Assembly: GCA_037310415.1 (NCBI GenBank)
Contig: CP147780.1
Span: 320,001 to 384,000, forward strand
Source of the DNA: Candidatus Atabeyarchaeum deiterrae
GTDB taxonomy: Archaea > Asgardarchaeota > Atabeyarchaeia > Atabeyarchaeales > Atabeyarchaeaceae
Length of the DNA stretch: 64,000 nt
Reading direction: 5' to 3'
Part shown: piece by piece, positions 18,968 to 28,898 of the stretch
Layout: each line of letters begins with the position of its first letter
How positions within the stretch are numbered: position 1 is the stretch's first letter
The notes under the pieces: generated by a model
Told to the model about the DNA's origin: nothing
Seen by the model: the letters and a program-made list of their open reading frames with translations, nothing else
Databases searched by the model: none
Position numbers and translations under genes: made by a program

Positions 18968-20239
18968 ATGAAGAAAGAAGGTTCTAGGGACCTGGACGAA
19001 CACGACCGGGCAATGAAACATGAAGAGCGACCCAAAACCTTTGACTTCACCGATAGAGATCCTGTTCTGGATACCGAAGGCACAACTGAGTATCCAGTGA
19101 TGTATCGAGCTCTTGGAACTGATCCGAGGTCAGCCCACCCTTACAATGTGTATAACGACATACGGTCGGAACCATCGGTAATCGACAGGACACTGGGAAT
19201 GGTCGAAAGCAGTGTTAAGAGGGTCGTAAGAGAATTCATTAGACGCGAAATCAAACACATAATTGGCATCGGGATGGGAACAAGCCAATTCGTCGCGCAG
19301 ACTGCTGGTCCCGCATTTTGGGAGTGGGCGCGCTTAACAACCGAGGATCGAGACAGTGTAGAAATTTTGACCACGGAGAAGCCTTATGACCATAGTCGAA
19401 CTGCGGTTTTTTGCTATAGTGGCAGTGGCAGTACATTCGATACTATTTCAGCTGCTAAGAAACTTGCTAAGAAGGGAGCTTACACCGTTGCGATAACCTC
19501 GATAGCGGGAAGCCCTTTGACTAAGATCACTGCTGACACTATCGCATGTGTCGGTGGATTCGATACAGGCGGTTCGGACACATTCCATTATGCAACTCGT
19601 CTCGCCGCCAGTTTGGACATTGCAATTGAGTTAGGTAGAGAGAGAGGAATCAGTGGTTTGGACTACAATGAACTTGAGTCCCAGCTCAAGGCTTTGCCAA
19701 AAGCTATGGCCGCGAGACTTGATGAGACTGATAAACGATGCCATAGTATTGCAAGAGCTAATGCCAGAATGCGGGGCGTGATTGTTGTTGGTACAGGTCC
19801 TAACTATGGCACAGCCGAGGAGATGGCACTGAAATTCGATGAAATGGCGCATATTCCAGCAAAGGCGATGGTACCGACTCGCCACCTGCATGGTGCCCTG
19901 GGGTTGACTGATGAACGGATTCAGACGATAATCCTGTCGCCTGAGAACAGGGCATCTCACTGGATTGAGCAAATTGCAAAAGCAACCTCTTTGTTGAAGA
20001 CGCCTTCGATGGCCATTATACCCGACAAAGAAGAGGTGATCTCTTCATTGATGGATTATGTGATTCGAGTGCCAGTCTCAAACGAGCACCTTTTTTCTCT
20101 GTACGTTGTTCCAGCGATCCAATTGTATCCATACTATTGCGCAGTGGAACAGGGCGACATCAATCCAGACTGCCAACGGAGCAACATTCCGAAATATGCT
20201 AGAGTGTGGCGGATGGTTCTGCCTCGGGGTTCACACTAG
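18968..20239 (+). CDS. Double SIS-domain sugar-phosphate isomerase/deglycase (GlmS/FrlB-like)
   Basis: GMGTS, SGSGST, GTGPNYGTAEEMALKFDE, HG. Confidence 0.85.
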   Translation: MKKEGSRDLDEHDRAMKHEERPKTFDFTDRDPVLDTEGTTEYPVMYRALGTDPRSAHPYNVYNDIRSEPSVIDRTLGMVESSVKRVVREFIRREIKHIIGIGMGTSQFVAQTAGPAFWEWARLTTEDRDSVEILTTEKPYDHSRTAVFCYSGSGSTFDTISAAKKLAKKGAYTVAITSIAGSPLTKITADTIACVGGFDTGGSDTFHYATRLAASLDIAIELGRERGISGLDYNELESQLKALPKAMAARLDETDKRCHSIARANARMRGVIVVGTGPNYGTAEEMALKFDEMAHIPAKAMVPTRHLHGALGLTDERIQTIILSPENRASHWIEQIAKATSLLKTPSMAIIPDKEEVISSLMDYVIRVPVSNEHLFSLYVVPAIQLYPYYCAVEQGDINPDCQRSNIPKYARVWRMVLPRGSH

Positions 20240-20258
20240 GACTAGCACACCCTGAAGA

Positions 20259-21227
20259 GTGTCTGCGCCAGAAGGTGGCTCAAGAATGAAACTAACCAGA
20301 ATCGGCGCACTGGGGGCTTTGAATGTTGACATCATAATCCATGGAACAGCGCCTTCGGAAACTGAGGATCTGAGAAATTGGGCTGGCCCGTCCGAAATCA
20401 CCCTTCTGGCAGCGGGATCAGTTGGCTACTTCTCACAGAACTTCGCCAAACTCGACTGTGAGGTGCATCTAGTTTCCAGTGTTGCAGATGATCCCTTCGG
20501 GGAGTTTGTTCTTTCGACCCTGAAGAAAGCCAAGATCAGGACAAATCATGTATCAATTGAGTCTGGAACTAAATCCGGCATTGGAGTCTACGTGCTACTG
20601 TTTGGGGGACAGAAGCGCCCGATAACCTTCCAGCTACCAACTCATAATGGCTGGCCTCTCCGTCTGGCTCGAGAGAAGACTGAATACTTGCTGGATACTG
20701 ATCTGATCCACTGCGGAGGATATCTTCATTTCTTCAACCTCTGGAACGGTGAATTGGCGAAGTTGTTTGCCAAGGCAAGAAGAAGAGGATTGATCACGTC
20801 GCTGGATCCACAGTTCCCCCTTTCGTCTCTTGAACCACCATGGTTGAAAGTCCTGAGACCTGTACTAGCTCACACCGACATTTTGTTCCTTGATGAAAAT
20901 GAGGCGCTCGGAGTGTCTGGAGCAGGTTCCATCGAAGATGCAACTAGAATACTCGGAGAAATCAATGTCGACAAGGTTGTAATCAAACTCGGAGAGAAAG
21001 GATGTCTGGTACTCAGTGAAAAAAAGGAGCTCCAACAACCTGCCATGAAGCCTAGCAAGTTCGTGGATAGTGTTGGCGCAGGTGATTCTTTTGACGTTGG
21101 GTTTCTATACGGTATATTGAGGAGCTATACACTAGCAGATGCAACGAAACTGGCGGTATATACCGCATCCAAAACGCTCGAAGGGACGGGCGTGACCTCA
21201 TTCCCAACGAAATCAGAGCTGCCATGA
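20259..21227 (+). CDS. PfkB-family sugar kinase
   Basis: IKLGEKG, DSVGAGDSF. Confidence 0.9.
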   Translation: MSAPEGGSRMKLTRIGALGALNVDIIIHGTAPSETEDLRNWAGPSEITLLAAGSVGYFSQNFAKLDCEVHLVSSVADDPFGEFVLSTLKKAKIRTNHVSIESGTKSGIGVYVLLFGGQKRPITFQLPTHNGWPLRLAREKTEYLLDTDLIHCGGYLHFFNLWNGELAKLFAKARRRGLITSLDPQFPLSSLEPPWLKVLRPVLAHTDILFLDENEALGVSGAGSIEDATRILGEINVDKVVIKLGEKGCLVLSEKKELQQPAMKPSKFVDSVGAGDSFDVGFLYGILRSYTLADATKLAVYTASKTLEGTGVTSFPTKSELP

Positions 21228-21416
21228 GTCTTAACCCCCAGACTGATACTGCCTGCCGATCGTGCAAGAGAAAACTCAGAGGAATGATAACCAGAAAAGA
21301 TAAAGTAAGTAACAACTCAGTATATAGTTAAGGCTGATGAATAGATGAGCGACTTCACTCACACAACCGGCAAGTAATCCAACTGTCATGCACAAAGTGA
21401 GGCTGGTGTAAATCAA

Positions 21417-22577
21417 ATGTCCGAACGAATGTTCATGCAAGCAAAGAGCATTGCTGAGCAAGCAGTGAAGCTCGACAATGGCGGCAACTACAAGGCATCG
21501 ATCCCATTGTACCTGCAAGCTGCCGAGATGCTCGCAAAGATGGTTAGATTCACAGACAACGCCACAATGCGAGTGAAATACAGCGAGACCGCCAAGAAAT
21601 ACATTGAGCGCGTTAGAACGTTGAAAACCATGGTTGCCCAGAGTGCGTTGAAAGAGAGAGATGGAAGACCTTCAGGGGAAGAATCTGAAGAAGAGGGAGA
21701 AAGAGAAAAGTCGATTATGGAGACAATTCTCACTGAGAAGCCTGACGTGAAGTGGGAAGATGTAGCTGACTTGAAAGAAGTGAAGCAATCACTACGTGAA
21801 GCCATCGTCATACCGATGCTTAGACCGGATCTCTTCACTGGGAAGACAAGGCGTGCGTGGCGAGGGATCCTTCTCTTCGGACCTCCAGGCTGCGGGAAGA
21901 CAATGATAGCAAAAGCGGTTGCCACGGAGATCGAGGCAACGTTTCTTAGCATAGATGCTGCTTCGATCATGTCCAAGTGGCTCGGAGAGTCTGAGAAGCT
22001 AGTTAGGGAACTATTTCGGATTGCAAGAGGGAAGCAGCCCGCAATCGTGTTTGTAGATGAGGTTGATTCTGTTGCATCAACGCGAGCTGGGGAAGAGACA
22101 GGAGGAGAAAGAAGAGTTAAGACACAGTTTCTGAAGGAAATGGATGGGGTAAGCACGAAAATTGAAGACAAGGTGCTAGTGTTAGGAGCGACTAACAGAC
22201 CTTGGGACTTGGATGAAGCATTCAGGAGGAGATTTGAAAAAAGAATATTCCTTCCTCTCCCGAACGCTGACGCAAGAAGGGAACTTTTCAAGATATATGT
22301 CAAAGAGATTGAAATCGGACAGGATTTTGACGTAGAGAAACTGGTTCAATCCACGGAAGGATACACGGGCTCGGATGTCGCAATGATATGCAGAGAGGCA
22401 GCAATGGAACCCGTTAGAGACCTCGACCTGTCAGGTAAAATCAGTGATCCCTCTGCAAAGGTTCGCCCAGTTAGCATGGAAGACTTTCTAACTGCGGTGA
22501 AACGTGTCAAACCTGTAGTTTCAGAGAGTGAGTTGCAGAGGTTTACACAGTGGGACGAAGAATTCAGCGCATATTGA
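21417..22577 (+). CDS. vps4: Vps4 AAA ATPase (MIT + AAA + Vps4_C)
   Basis: N-terminal MIT (AVKLD..G.Y..SI.LY), GPPGCGKT, SKWLGESEK, DEVD, RRRFEKRI. Confidence 0.93.
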   Translation: MSERMFMQAKSIAEQAVKLDNGGNYKASIPLYLQAAEMLAKMVRFTDNATMRVKYSETAKKYIERVRTLKTMVAQSALKERDGRPSGEESEEEGEREKSIMETILTEKPDVKWEDVADLKEVKQSLREAIVIPMLRPDLFTGKTRRAWRGILLFGPPGCGKTMIAKAVATEIEATFLSIDAASIMSKWLGESEKLVRELFRIARGKQPAIVFVDEVDSVASTRAGEETGGERRVKTQFLKEMDGVSTKIEDKVLVLGATNRPWDLDEAFRRRFEKRIFLPLPNADARRELFKIYVKEIEIGQDFDVEKLVQSTEGYTGSDVAMICREAAMEPVRDLDLSGKISDPSAKVRPVSMEDFLTAVKRVKPVVSESELQRFTQWDEEFSAY

Positions 22578-22625
22578 TTGGCCCAATACAACTCTGATTC
22601 ACGGATCTAGAGAGGTACGCAAACA

Positions 22626-23318
22626 TTGGAAAAGGAAAAACAAAAACCCAAGTCGAAAGACCGAGTTGAAGCGGAGAAAGAGACCGTGGATGTCGAATCA
22701 GAGCTGAGCAAGTTGGAACAAGAAGTCAAGATGGAAGGCGAACAAAAGGAGTCGGATACATCGACCTACCAGCAACTTTCTGGAACAGGGATCCTGCAGA
22801 GAGGGAAGCCTCAAGTAGCTAGACCACATACCTTGGAGATGCCAAAATGGACAGGTTACCCTTGGATGTATTCGAAGCCTTCTGATCCCAAGTTCGTGAC
22901 CTCGTGGTACAGAGATTGGTGCGATTTGATTCTGAAGTGGTGTCAATTCAATGTTGTACACATCATGGGCCTCACGGATTTCAAAGCAACAGAACCGTTT
23001 GACAGATTACCTGAGAAAGAATCACGGGAGCTTCTACAGTATATTGTGGACAGGGGATTAGGGAAATGGATTGACAAAGATAGGACCGCCGCAAGGATAA
23101 TGTGGCGTTCACTTGACGAATGGGCTAATGACATATACGAGTGGGCTTATGACAATGGAGTAGAGATGCTAGACATATTCGCGATCAAGAGTGCCAAGGA
23201 GAATTTTGCATCCTTGCCCGTCTCTGACATGAAAGATGCAATGGAGATATTGACCAAGAGGAAGCTAGTAAAGTGGATAGATAAGAATCATGAGCAGGCC
23301 AAACTGATTCTTCAGTGA
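22626..23318 (+). CDS. vps25: ESCRT-II Vps25-like protein
   Basis: PWMY.KP....W..DW.DLIL.W and WRSLDEWANDIYEWA winged-helix motifs. Confidence 0.88.
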   Translation: MEKEKQKPKSKDRVEAEKETVDVESELSKLEQEVKMEGEQKESDTSTYQQLSGTGILQRGKPQVARPHTLEMPKWTGYPWMYSKPSDPKFVTSWYRDWCDLILKWCQFNVVHIMGLTDFKATEPFDRLPEKESRELLQYIVDRGLGKWIDKDRTAARIMWRSLDEWANDIYEWAYDNGVEMLDIFAIKSAKENFASLPVSDMKDAMEILTKRKLVKWIDKNHEQAKLILQ

Positions 23319-23344
23319 CCTGGAAGGATTCTTTTTCAGAACCA

Positions 23345-24142
23345 TTACTTCTCAGAATCGCTGCGAATCAAGCCTGGGAAGTACCAACAAGTTCCCTTTG
23401 CGTAGCTGACATCAATTCGCGCTATGCCTGCGTTCTCTAGACTCTTCAGTGCGCGTTCTAGCCTTTCCCTAGACCATTTTGTCTTGAGCATAGCCTCCTC
23501 TATTGTGATCCATCCTTTCTCGGCGGCCAAGCTCAGAATACTGTTCGAGTCTTCGTCGACTTCAGTGGGGAGAAACTCAACTATCTGTACGCCAGACGGA
23601 AGTGTTTTGATTCCAGGTATAAGTCCAGCTTCCTGAAGAGTCTCGATCGCCTTGATTATATCTCCAAGATCCACTGGCTGTTCTAGTCTCTCCTTGTTGA
23701 CAGCCAAGGCGACCTCAGCAAGCGTGAGTATGCCTCCACTCTCCTTGATCTTTCTCCCAACCACTTCGAGGATGTCCAGCGCCAACAAGTTATAGAATTT
23801 GCCTTTACCAGTTAGCTTTTGGAGTATCGTGGGAGAAGACCTTCCTTGAGAAGGAAGCATCTCCGTAATGCCAAGCTCTTCTTTGAGAGACCTAAGCTTA
23901 TCTCTGTATTCTGGGGAAGACATTAACTCGGTATACTTCTTCTCGAATTCCTCAATTCTTTGCCTCAAGCCCTGTACATTGTTGAACATACCTTCAAGTT
24001 CTTGGATCATCAAGTCCACTTTTTCCTTTTCAAAGGCCTGTTTAAGGGCTATCTTTCTCTCAATCTCATGGAGACCGCACATTGTGCTAACGATGCACCT
24101 CAAACCCAATTCGCGTATTTCCGTATTTAGCGGACTGGCCAC
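23345..24142 (-). CDS. vps22: ESCRT-II Vps22/Vps36 (EAP30)-like protein
   Basis: FY..LA..I.E, GGILTL.EV, DI.KAIETL, W...RLERAL..L...G, YFPGL. Confidence 0.85.
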   Translation of the reverse strand: MASPLNTEIRELGLRCIVSTMCGLHEIERKIALKQAFEKEKVDLMIQELEGMFNNVQGLRQRIEEFEKKYTELMSSPEYRDKLRSLKEELGITEMLPSQGRSSPTILQKLTGKGKFYNLLALDILEVVGRKIKESGGILTLAEVALAVNKERLEQPVDLGDIIKAIETLQEAGLIPGIKTLPSGVQIVEFLPTEVDEDSNSILSLAAEKGWITIEEAMLKTKWSRERLERALKSLENAGIARIDVSYAKGTCWYFPGLIRSDSEK

Positions 24143-25054
24143 TCATATCTCCCTTAGGCGTCTCCTGAAATCGCTGAAGAGTCTCACGATGTCTAGCTCG
24201 AGTCTTTTTGCTTCATCGTTGCTTAGAACTGAATCATAAGATAGCATTGATAGTTTGTCGCGCCAATCTCGAAGAATCTTTAGGCCCCAGTAGTCCTTAC
24301 GGGTAGTCGGGAATTTTTCCAGAAGAGATATGATCTGATCCAAGTGGGGGAGCAAGGATTCAACCTTGGCCATGTCGCCGCCTAGTTTGGCATAATCGGA
24401 CAATGTAATTAGATTAGTGACTATTTCGGCTGTGCTTGTGGCTACATCTGCCTTGCTTACTGCCAAGCTCTCAACAAAGGATTCTAGAGTCGCATTCGAG
24501 TCCAACAGTTTGAATTTCTCGCAGGCTAGAGCATATTGCTCCAGGATTCTCTCTCCTTCCAGAAACTGCTCCATTGTGATTCCGGTTCTTTCGAGTTTGA
24601 TTTTCTCAGTCATAATGTCCGTGATCAACGACTGAACCTGACGCTTGTAGGTCGATACATCTAGATTCCCCTTGTCGTAGTTGGATATCAGTGAATTCAG
24701 TGTTGCTATATCCGCGTACAACTCGGCCTCGCATTCCAGTTGCTCCGGTGTGAGTTTCGACTTGGCCCCTTCAATATATGGGCGAGCAGTCTCGCCGACA
24801 ATCCCCTGCTGTCGAGCAACTTCGAATGAAGACGAATCTTGACGTTCAGTGTTTGATTTGTTACCTGCTTCTGCCCTTTGCGATTCCACTGACGACCTGT
24901 CTCTCTCAACACCTCTGATCTTAACATCAAATCGCCCTTTACTAGTCTGAGAAGGCTGCTGAGTCTCTGGGAGCTGCGTCTTTGGAGCAACCTCTCGTTG
25001 AGATTGCTTCTCGGCTTTTTTCTTGGTAGATTTCTTTGGCGATTCCTTCTCCAT
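24143..25054 (-). CDS. vps28: ESCRT-I Vps28-like protein
   Basis: AELYA.I.TL..L...Y.KG N-terminal domain; ITL.D..KLG and W..KL..L....L...EA..L.LD C-terminal domain. Confidence 0.85.
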   Translation of the reverse strand: MEKESPKKSTKKKAEKQSQREVAPKTQLPETQQPSQTSKGRFDVKIRGVERDRSSVESQRAEAGNKSNTERQDSSSFEVARQQGIVGETARPYIEGAKSKLTPEQLECEAELYADIATLNSLISNYDKGNLDVSTYKRQVQSLITDIMTEKIKLERTGITMEQFLEGERILEQYALACEKFKLLDSNATLESFVESLAVSKADVATSTAEIVTNLITLSDYAKLGGDMAKVESLLPHLDQIISLLEKFPTTRKDYWGLKILRDWRDKLSMLSYDSVLSNDEAKRLELDIVRLFSDFRRRLREI

Positions 25055-25160
25055 GTTCTGCCTTCTCCGAGTAGCATTTGCTGCGGATTATCGGTGGAGC
25101 CGACAACTACAGGTTATCTCGAGATCACTAGACCGTTAAAAACCAGGATCTGCCGTTGAC

Positions 25161-25949
25161 TTATTCTCCGCGGGGTTCACCTATTTTCTTATCTAAAAGG
25201 AATAGTTCTTTCTTATACTTTCTGTAAAGTTTCGTGTAGTCTGTTGGTGAGATATCGCCTGCTTCATATTTCTCTTCAAGGCTCCTGATCAGATCCTCTA
25301 ATGCGATCTTCTCACTTTCCAAGTCAAGACTTTCTCTCTGTTTCGGGTCACTTGGAAGCAGTACTTGTTCCAGGTTGTCTGGCCCCTCTTCAGGTACATT
25401 GTGAACCGTTATCTTGCCTCTTAGACGGGTAACTTCCTCCTCCAGGGAAGATATCTGTTGCTGTAACTTGCTCACGTCATCAGGTTTCTGAGGAAAGCCT
25501 GGTGATGCTGATGGGGGTGGTGGAGACGCGGCGGAAGGTCTGTAACCCTGCCGAGAAGGTGCGGCCGCGGGTTGAACTATGGCAGGGCGCGCAGTCGGTA
25601 TTCTGGAGGATGGTTTTGGCGGGATCTGCGCGAACATACCCTTAACCGTGTTGATAACTTGGTACAGGTGATACTCTTGTCTCCAGTTGCTAGTAATACT
25701 GAGTTTCAGAATACTTGTGGCTTCATCTACGTACGGGTGTTCTGTGGGAGTTATCATCTTAACTTGAGGGGGGACCTGAGGAAAAGCATCCGGGACAATC
25801 ACTTCGACTTCAAAGTTCATGTTTCTGTATTGGCCTCTCCCCGGAATAGCGCCTCTCCATCTTTGGAGGTCACCACCCACTGGTTTGAACTCAGGCGCTC
25901 TGTTATAGAGAAGCTGAGCTTCACGGGCCAAGATCGAGTCTTCACCCAA
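25161..25949 (-). CDS. vps23: ESCRT-I Vps23/TSG101-like protein (UEV, Pro-rich linker, coil, steadiness box)
   Basis: UBC fold FPQVPPQV...HPYV lacking the catalytic Cys; C-terminal LEEKYEAGDIS..DY.KLYR. Confidence 0.87.
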   Translation of the reverse strand: MGEDSILAREAQLLYNRAPEFKPVGGDLQRWRGAIPGRGQYRNMNFEVEVIVPDAFPQVPPQVKMITPTEHPYVDEATSILKLSITSNWRQEYHLYQVINTVKGMFAQIPPKPSSRIPTARPAIVQPAAAPSRQGYRPSAASPPPPSASPGFPQKPDDVSKLQQQISSLEEEVTRLRGKITVHNVPEEGPDNLEQVLLPSDPKQRESLDLESEKIALEDLIRSLEEKYEAGDISPTDYTKLYRKYKKELFLLDKKIGEPRGE

Positions 25950-26172
25950 GGGTTTTTCCTCCGCGATTATTGAATGGATTCGAGACTGAACTACATTAGT
26001 GATAACTAAGCTAAGTTATATAAAACAAATGCCCACTATTGAGTTATTATGCTTTCACGCATTGCGAGTGTAGATGTAATGAGACTTCCTTGTGAGAATG
26101 AGGAACTTCTTCAAGTGGATTAGATTCTCCGCTATTACGTGGGATATGTTGCCTAGGAGGGGTAAGTAACTG

Positions 26173-26607
26173 TTGCCTCACCCTGTGAAGCTGAAAAAGA
26201 AGGTTGTGAATGAGATCAGGAAACATGCTGAGTCTTCTTTGAGCAGTGAGGTGGCTGGTTTACTTCTTGGGAGCATACACAAAGACAGTCTTTTGGTGAG
26301 TGACGTTGTGACTGGAGAACAGGTGTCCTCACGAACCCATGTGTCTTTGCAAGACAAGTTCCTCGTCAGAGTCGCATTCGAGTATGGCCGTCGAGGCAAG
26401 AAGAAAAGTGTTGTGGGATGGTATCACTCTCATCCCGAGTTGGGCTGCTTCGTATCGCAGATTGACTTTGAAACACAGAAAAGGTTTCAGGCACTATTCC
26501 CGGATGCAGTGGGTTTGATCGTTGATCCTTCTCTGCCAGAGAAGTTGGAGGTCTTCCGCATAGACGATGATAAGGTGGAACAAATAACCGATTACACTGT
26601 ATCGTGA
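26173..26607 (+). CDS. JAMM/MPN+ metalloprotease (deubiquitinase)
   Basis: EVAGLLLG, GWYHSHP...S.ID, IVDP. Confidence 0.92.
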   Translation: MPHPVKLKKKVVNEIRKHAESSLSSEVAGLLLGSIHKDSLLVSDVVTGEQVSSRTHVSLQDKFLVRVAFEYGRRGKKKSVVGWYHSHPELGCFVSQIDFETQKRFQALFPDAVGLIVDPSLPEKLEVFRIDDDKVEQITDYTVS

Positions 26608-26609
26608 TC

Positions 26610-27470
26610 TCATTGTTTCTGGTCTGTCCGACCAGCCTCCTTCTCATGATTATCGGAGTCCTCCCCATTCGGAGGCATACTGGCTTCGAGTTCTGCTTCT
26701 TTGATTTCCTCGGTGGGATTCACGTTGTGTTCTCTTGACCTTCTGACAGTTTTCTGGCGATTCAGTGAGGTTTCAGAAGGTTCTTCCAACTTGCTTGAGA
26801 AGCTATTTAGCAAGTCATTCAAAACCTTCGTGAGGTCTTTGAAATTAGTGCGAAGTCCCTCGACGGATTTGTTAGTCTCCTGAGCGGTTTGAGAGTGGTC
26901 GGCAGCCAATTTGTCCAAGTATTTCTGCATTTTATCAAATCTGCCCGACAGTTCTTTCAACTCAGGCAATTCATTCCGAGAAGATCGTTTTATCTCCTCG
27001 GACAACCTTTTCTCGAAAAGGTTTATGTAATCGACAAGCTCTCTTCGAAGCGTGTTGGTAACCGCTCCCATATATCTCGCTAGTTCAGCGGATTCCGCTT
27101 TCTGGCTCTCTACGATCTCGTAAGTCTTCTCTAGTCTTGGTTCGATCTCGTTAAGTTTCTCTAGGGTGGCTTCAAACGAGATGGCAGTCTCGGATATCAA
27201 CCGTTTGATGCTCACGATCTCCTTTTCTAGATCCTTGATCTTTGAAAGGACTGTCTTCTCAGCTTCTTCGGTCGCAAGAGAGAGTTCAGAATCTAACAAG
27301 TTTAGACCAGCAACTACGTTCTTCAGTGAGTCGACTGTTGGAACATCGCCCTTTGGGGTTGATATGGCATTTATCTGGATCTCAACTTTCTTCTTTTTAT
27401 CACTTGTTTCAGATGAGCGTCTCCCTGTTTCGACAGGGTCAATCTCGCTCCCTCTGCGAGTATCAACCAT
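26610..27470 (-). CDS. Hypothetical long coiled-coil protein
   Basis: 286-aa ORF, heptad-rich. Confidence 0.65.
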   Translation of the reverse strand: MVDTRRGSEIDPVETGRRSSETSDKKKKVEIQINAISTPKGDVPTVDSLKNVVAGLNLLDSELSLATEEAEKTVLSKIKDLEKEIVSIKRLISETAISFEATLEKLNEIEPRLEKTYEIVESQKAESAELARYMGAVTNTLRRELVDYINLFEKRLSEEIKRSSRNELPELKELSGRFDKMQKYLDKLAADHSQTAQETNKSVEGLRTNFKDLTKVLNDLLNSFSSKLEEPSETSLNRQKTVRRSREHNVNPTEEIKEAELEASMPPNGEDSDNHEKEAGRTDQKQ

Positions 27471-27723
27471 AGGTAAACACCAGATACTCCTACTGTAACC
27501 ATTTCCGGCTAATAATCGTCTGACTCACTTGATACACGGTTAACGAATAATACTTATGGTTGCGATCGGTTATATTTATTTACACTGATGCCACGAAATT
27601 AGGCATAAGTTCAATTCATCTCCGCAATGACAATCATGTTCTGGTGAAATAAAAGTGGGAAATAATCCGCGCTTTGTTGTGTCAGGGGTAAAGATCGTCG
27701 GGAGATGGGATTGGAGCGCAAAG

Positions 27724-27915
27724 ATGAGTTGCATAGTCTGCAACCTGGACATCAAAAAAACACAAGATGCAGTGCGATGCCCACATTGTGGAAACGTATC
27801 GCACAAGACTCACATGCTTGAGTGGCTACACGTCAGAAACAAATGCCCTGCATGTAATCAGCACTTATCTGAGTCAGAGCTGGAGAGAATTCTGCCAGAA
27901 GAGGATCAAAGATGA
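27724..27915 (+). CDS. Small RING-finger E3 ligase
   Basis: CIVC...CPHC...H..H..EWL....CPAC. Confidence 0.88.
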   Translation: MSCIVCNLDIKKTQDAVRCPHCGNVSHKTHMLEWLHVRNKCPACNQHLSESELERILPEEDQR

Positions 27916-28096
27916 CACTTAGCCGAGGTCAGAACTTGGAACAGTCGCATCTGAAAAACAAAGAAAAAACCCAAATGGGAAAGGTATAATAGGTTAGGAT
28001 TCCGCTAGAAATGTTGACCTGAACATTCACTGCATATTTGAGCAGTAACCAACACATAAAAGTCATTTAGAAAAAACAGGGGGCAGAACAGGGAGA

Positions 28097-28333
28097 ATGA
28101 TATTGAAAATCGTATCAGCTATAGGCGGAGATGTCATCGAGATCGATGTTCCGCCGCAGGCAACAGTTGCAGCCGTAAAGAGAGAAATCGCCTCGAAGAA
28201 GAAGATTCCCTCTTCAACTGTACTATTAGTGCACCGGGGGAAACAGCTGGACGACAATGACGTACTACAGGATGCTAATGTCGGGGACTATGACAAGCTC
28301 TACTTAATCACGAGAACCGAAGGCGGCAGATAA
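28097..28333 (+). CDS. Ubiquitin-like protein (precursor ending GG-R)
   Basis: TVAAVK..I, LVHRGKQLDD, RTEGGR. Confidence 0.92.
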   Translation: MILKIVSAIGGDVIEIDVPPQATVAAVKREIASKKKIPSSTVLLVHRGKQLDDNDVLQDANVGDYDKLYLITRTEGGR

Positions 28334-28420
28334 CAAAGCGGCAAACAGAACTCCATCAGTTCTCATTCGGCGCATTTCGCTTAAGCTAGAGCTAAGACCA
28401 CTAGTGACCTTGTTGAGAGG

Positions 28421-28894
28421 GTGACTACAATTTTATCAGGCGAGGAATACTGGGCGCGACTTTCGATCGAGGCAAAGACTCTAGAACAAGAAGAACCGAC
28501 TTTCCGCCCCGTCAGAGAGAACATTTGCCTGTGGCGCGGCTACATACTTGGCACTGGAATCTATGAGGGTGGAGTATTCCAACTGGAAATAGAGATAACC
28601 AAGAAGTTTCCATTTGAGCCGCCTATTGTTAGATGCTTGACACCAGTTTTCCATCCGAACTTTAGAGGGGACAGGATCTGTGTCGGCATCCTTGGTAAAC
28701 AATGGACGCCAGCTACGTCAATAGCGGGTGTGATCGAGGCTATTCGTAACCTACTGAACTTTCCGAATCCTCATGATCCCCTTAATCTTGAAGCCGCAAA
28801 CTTGATGCTCAGAGATCCAGATCGATTTAAGAGGGAAGCACAAGACTGGGCGAAGAAACATGCTACCTGGAAGCAGTTGAAGGAGACTAGTTGA
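28421..28894 (+). CDS. Ubiquitin-conjugating enzyme E2
   Basis: YEGGVF, FPFEPP, FHPNF...ICVGIL, W.PA, PNPHDPLN. Confidence 0.95.
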   Translation: MTTILSGEEYWARLSIEAKTLEQEEPTFRPVRENICLWRGYILGTGIYEGGVFQLEIEITKKFPFEPPIVRCLTPVFHPNFRGDRICVGILGKQWTPATSIAGVIEAIRNLLNFPNPHDPLNLEAANLMLRDPDRFKREAQDWAKKHATWKQLKETS

Positions 28895-28898
28895 GAAG

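Noticed and set aside
21488-22303. 271-aa antisense ORF (and similar shadow ORFs such as 888-1433, 18126-18728, 28751-29305)
   Set aside because: Opposite well-supported genes, with no recognisable motifs
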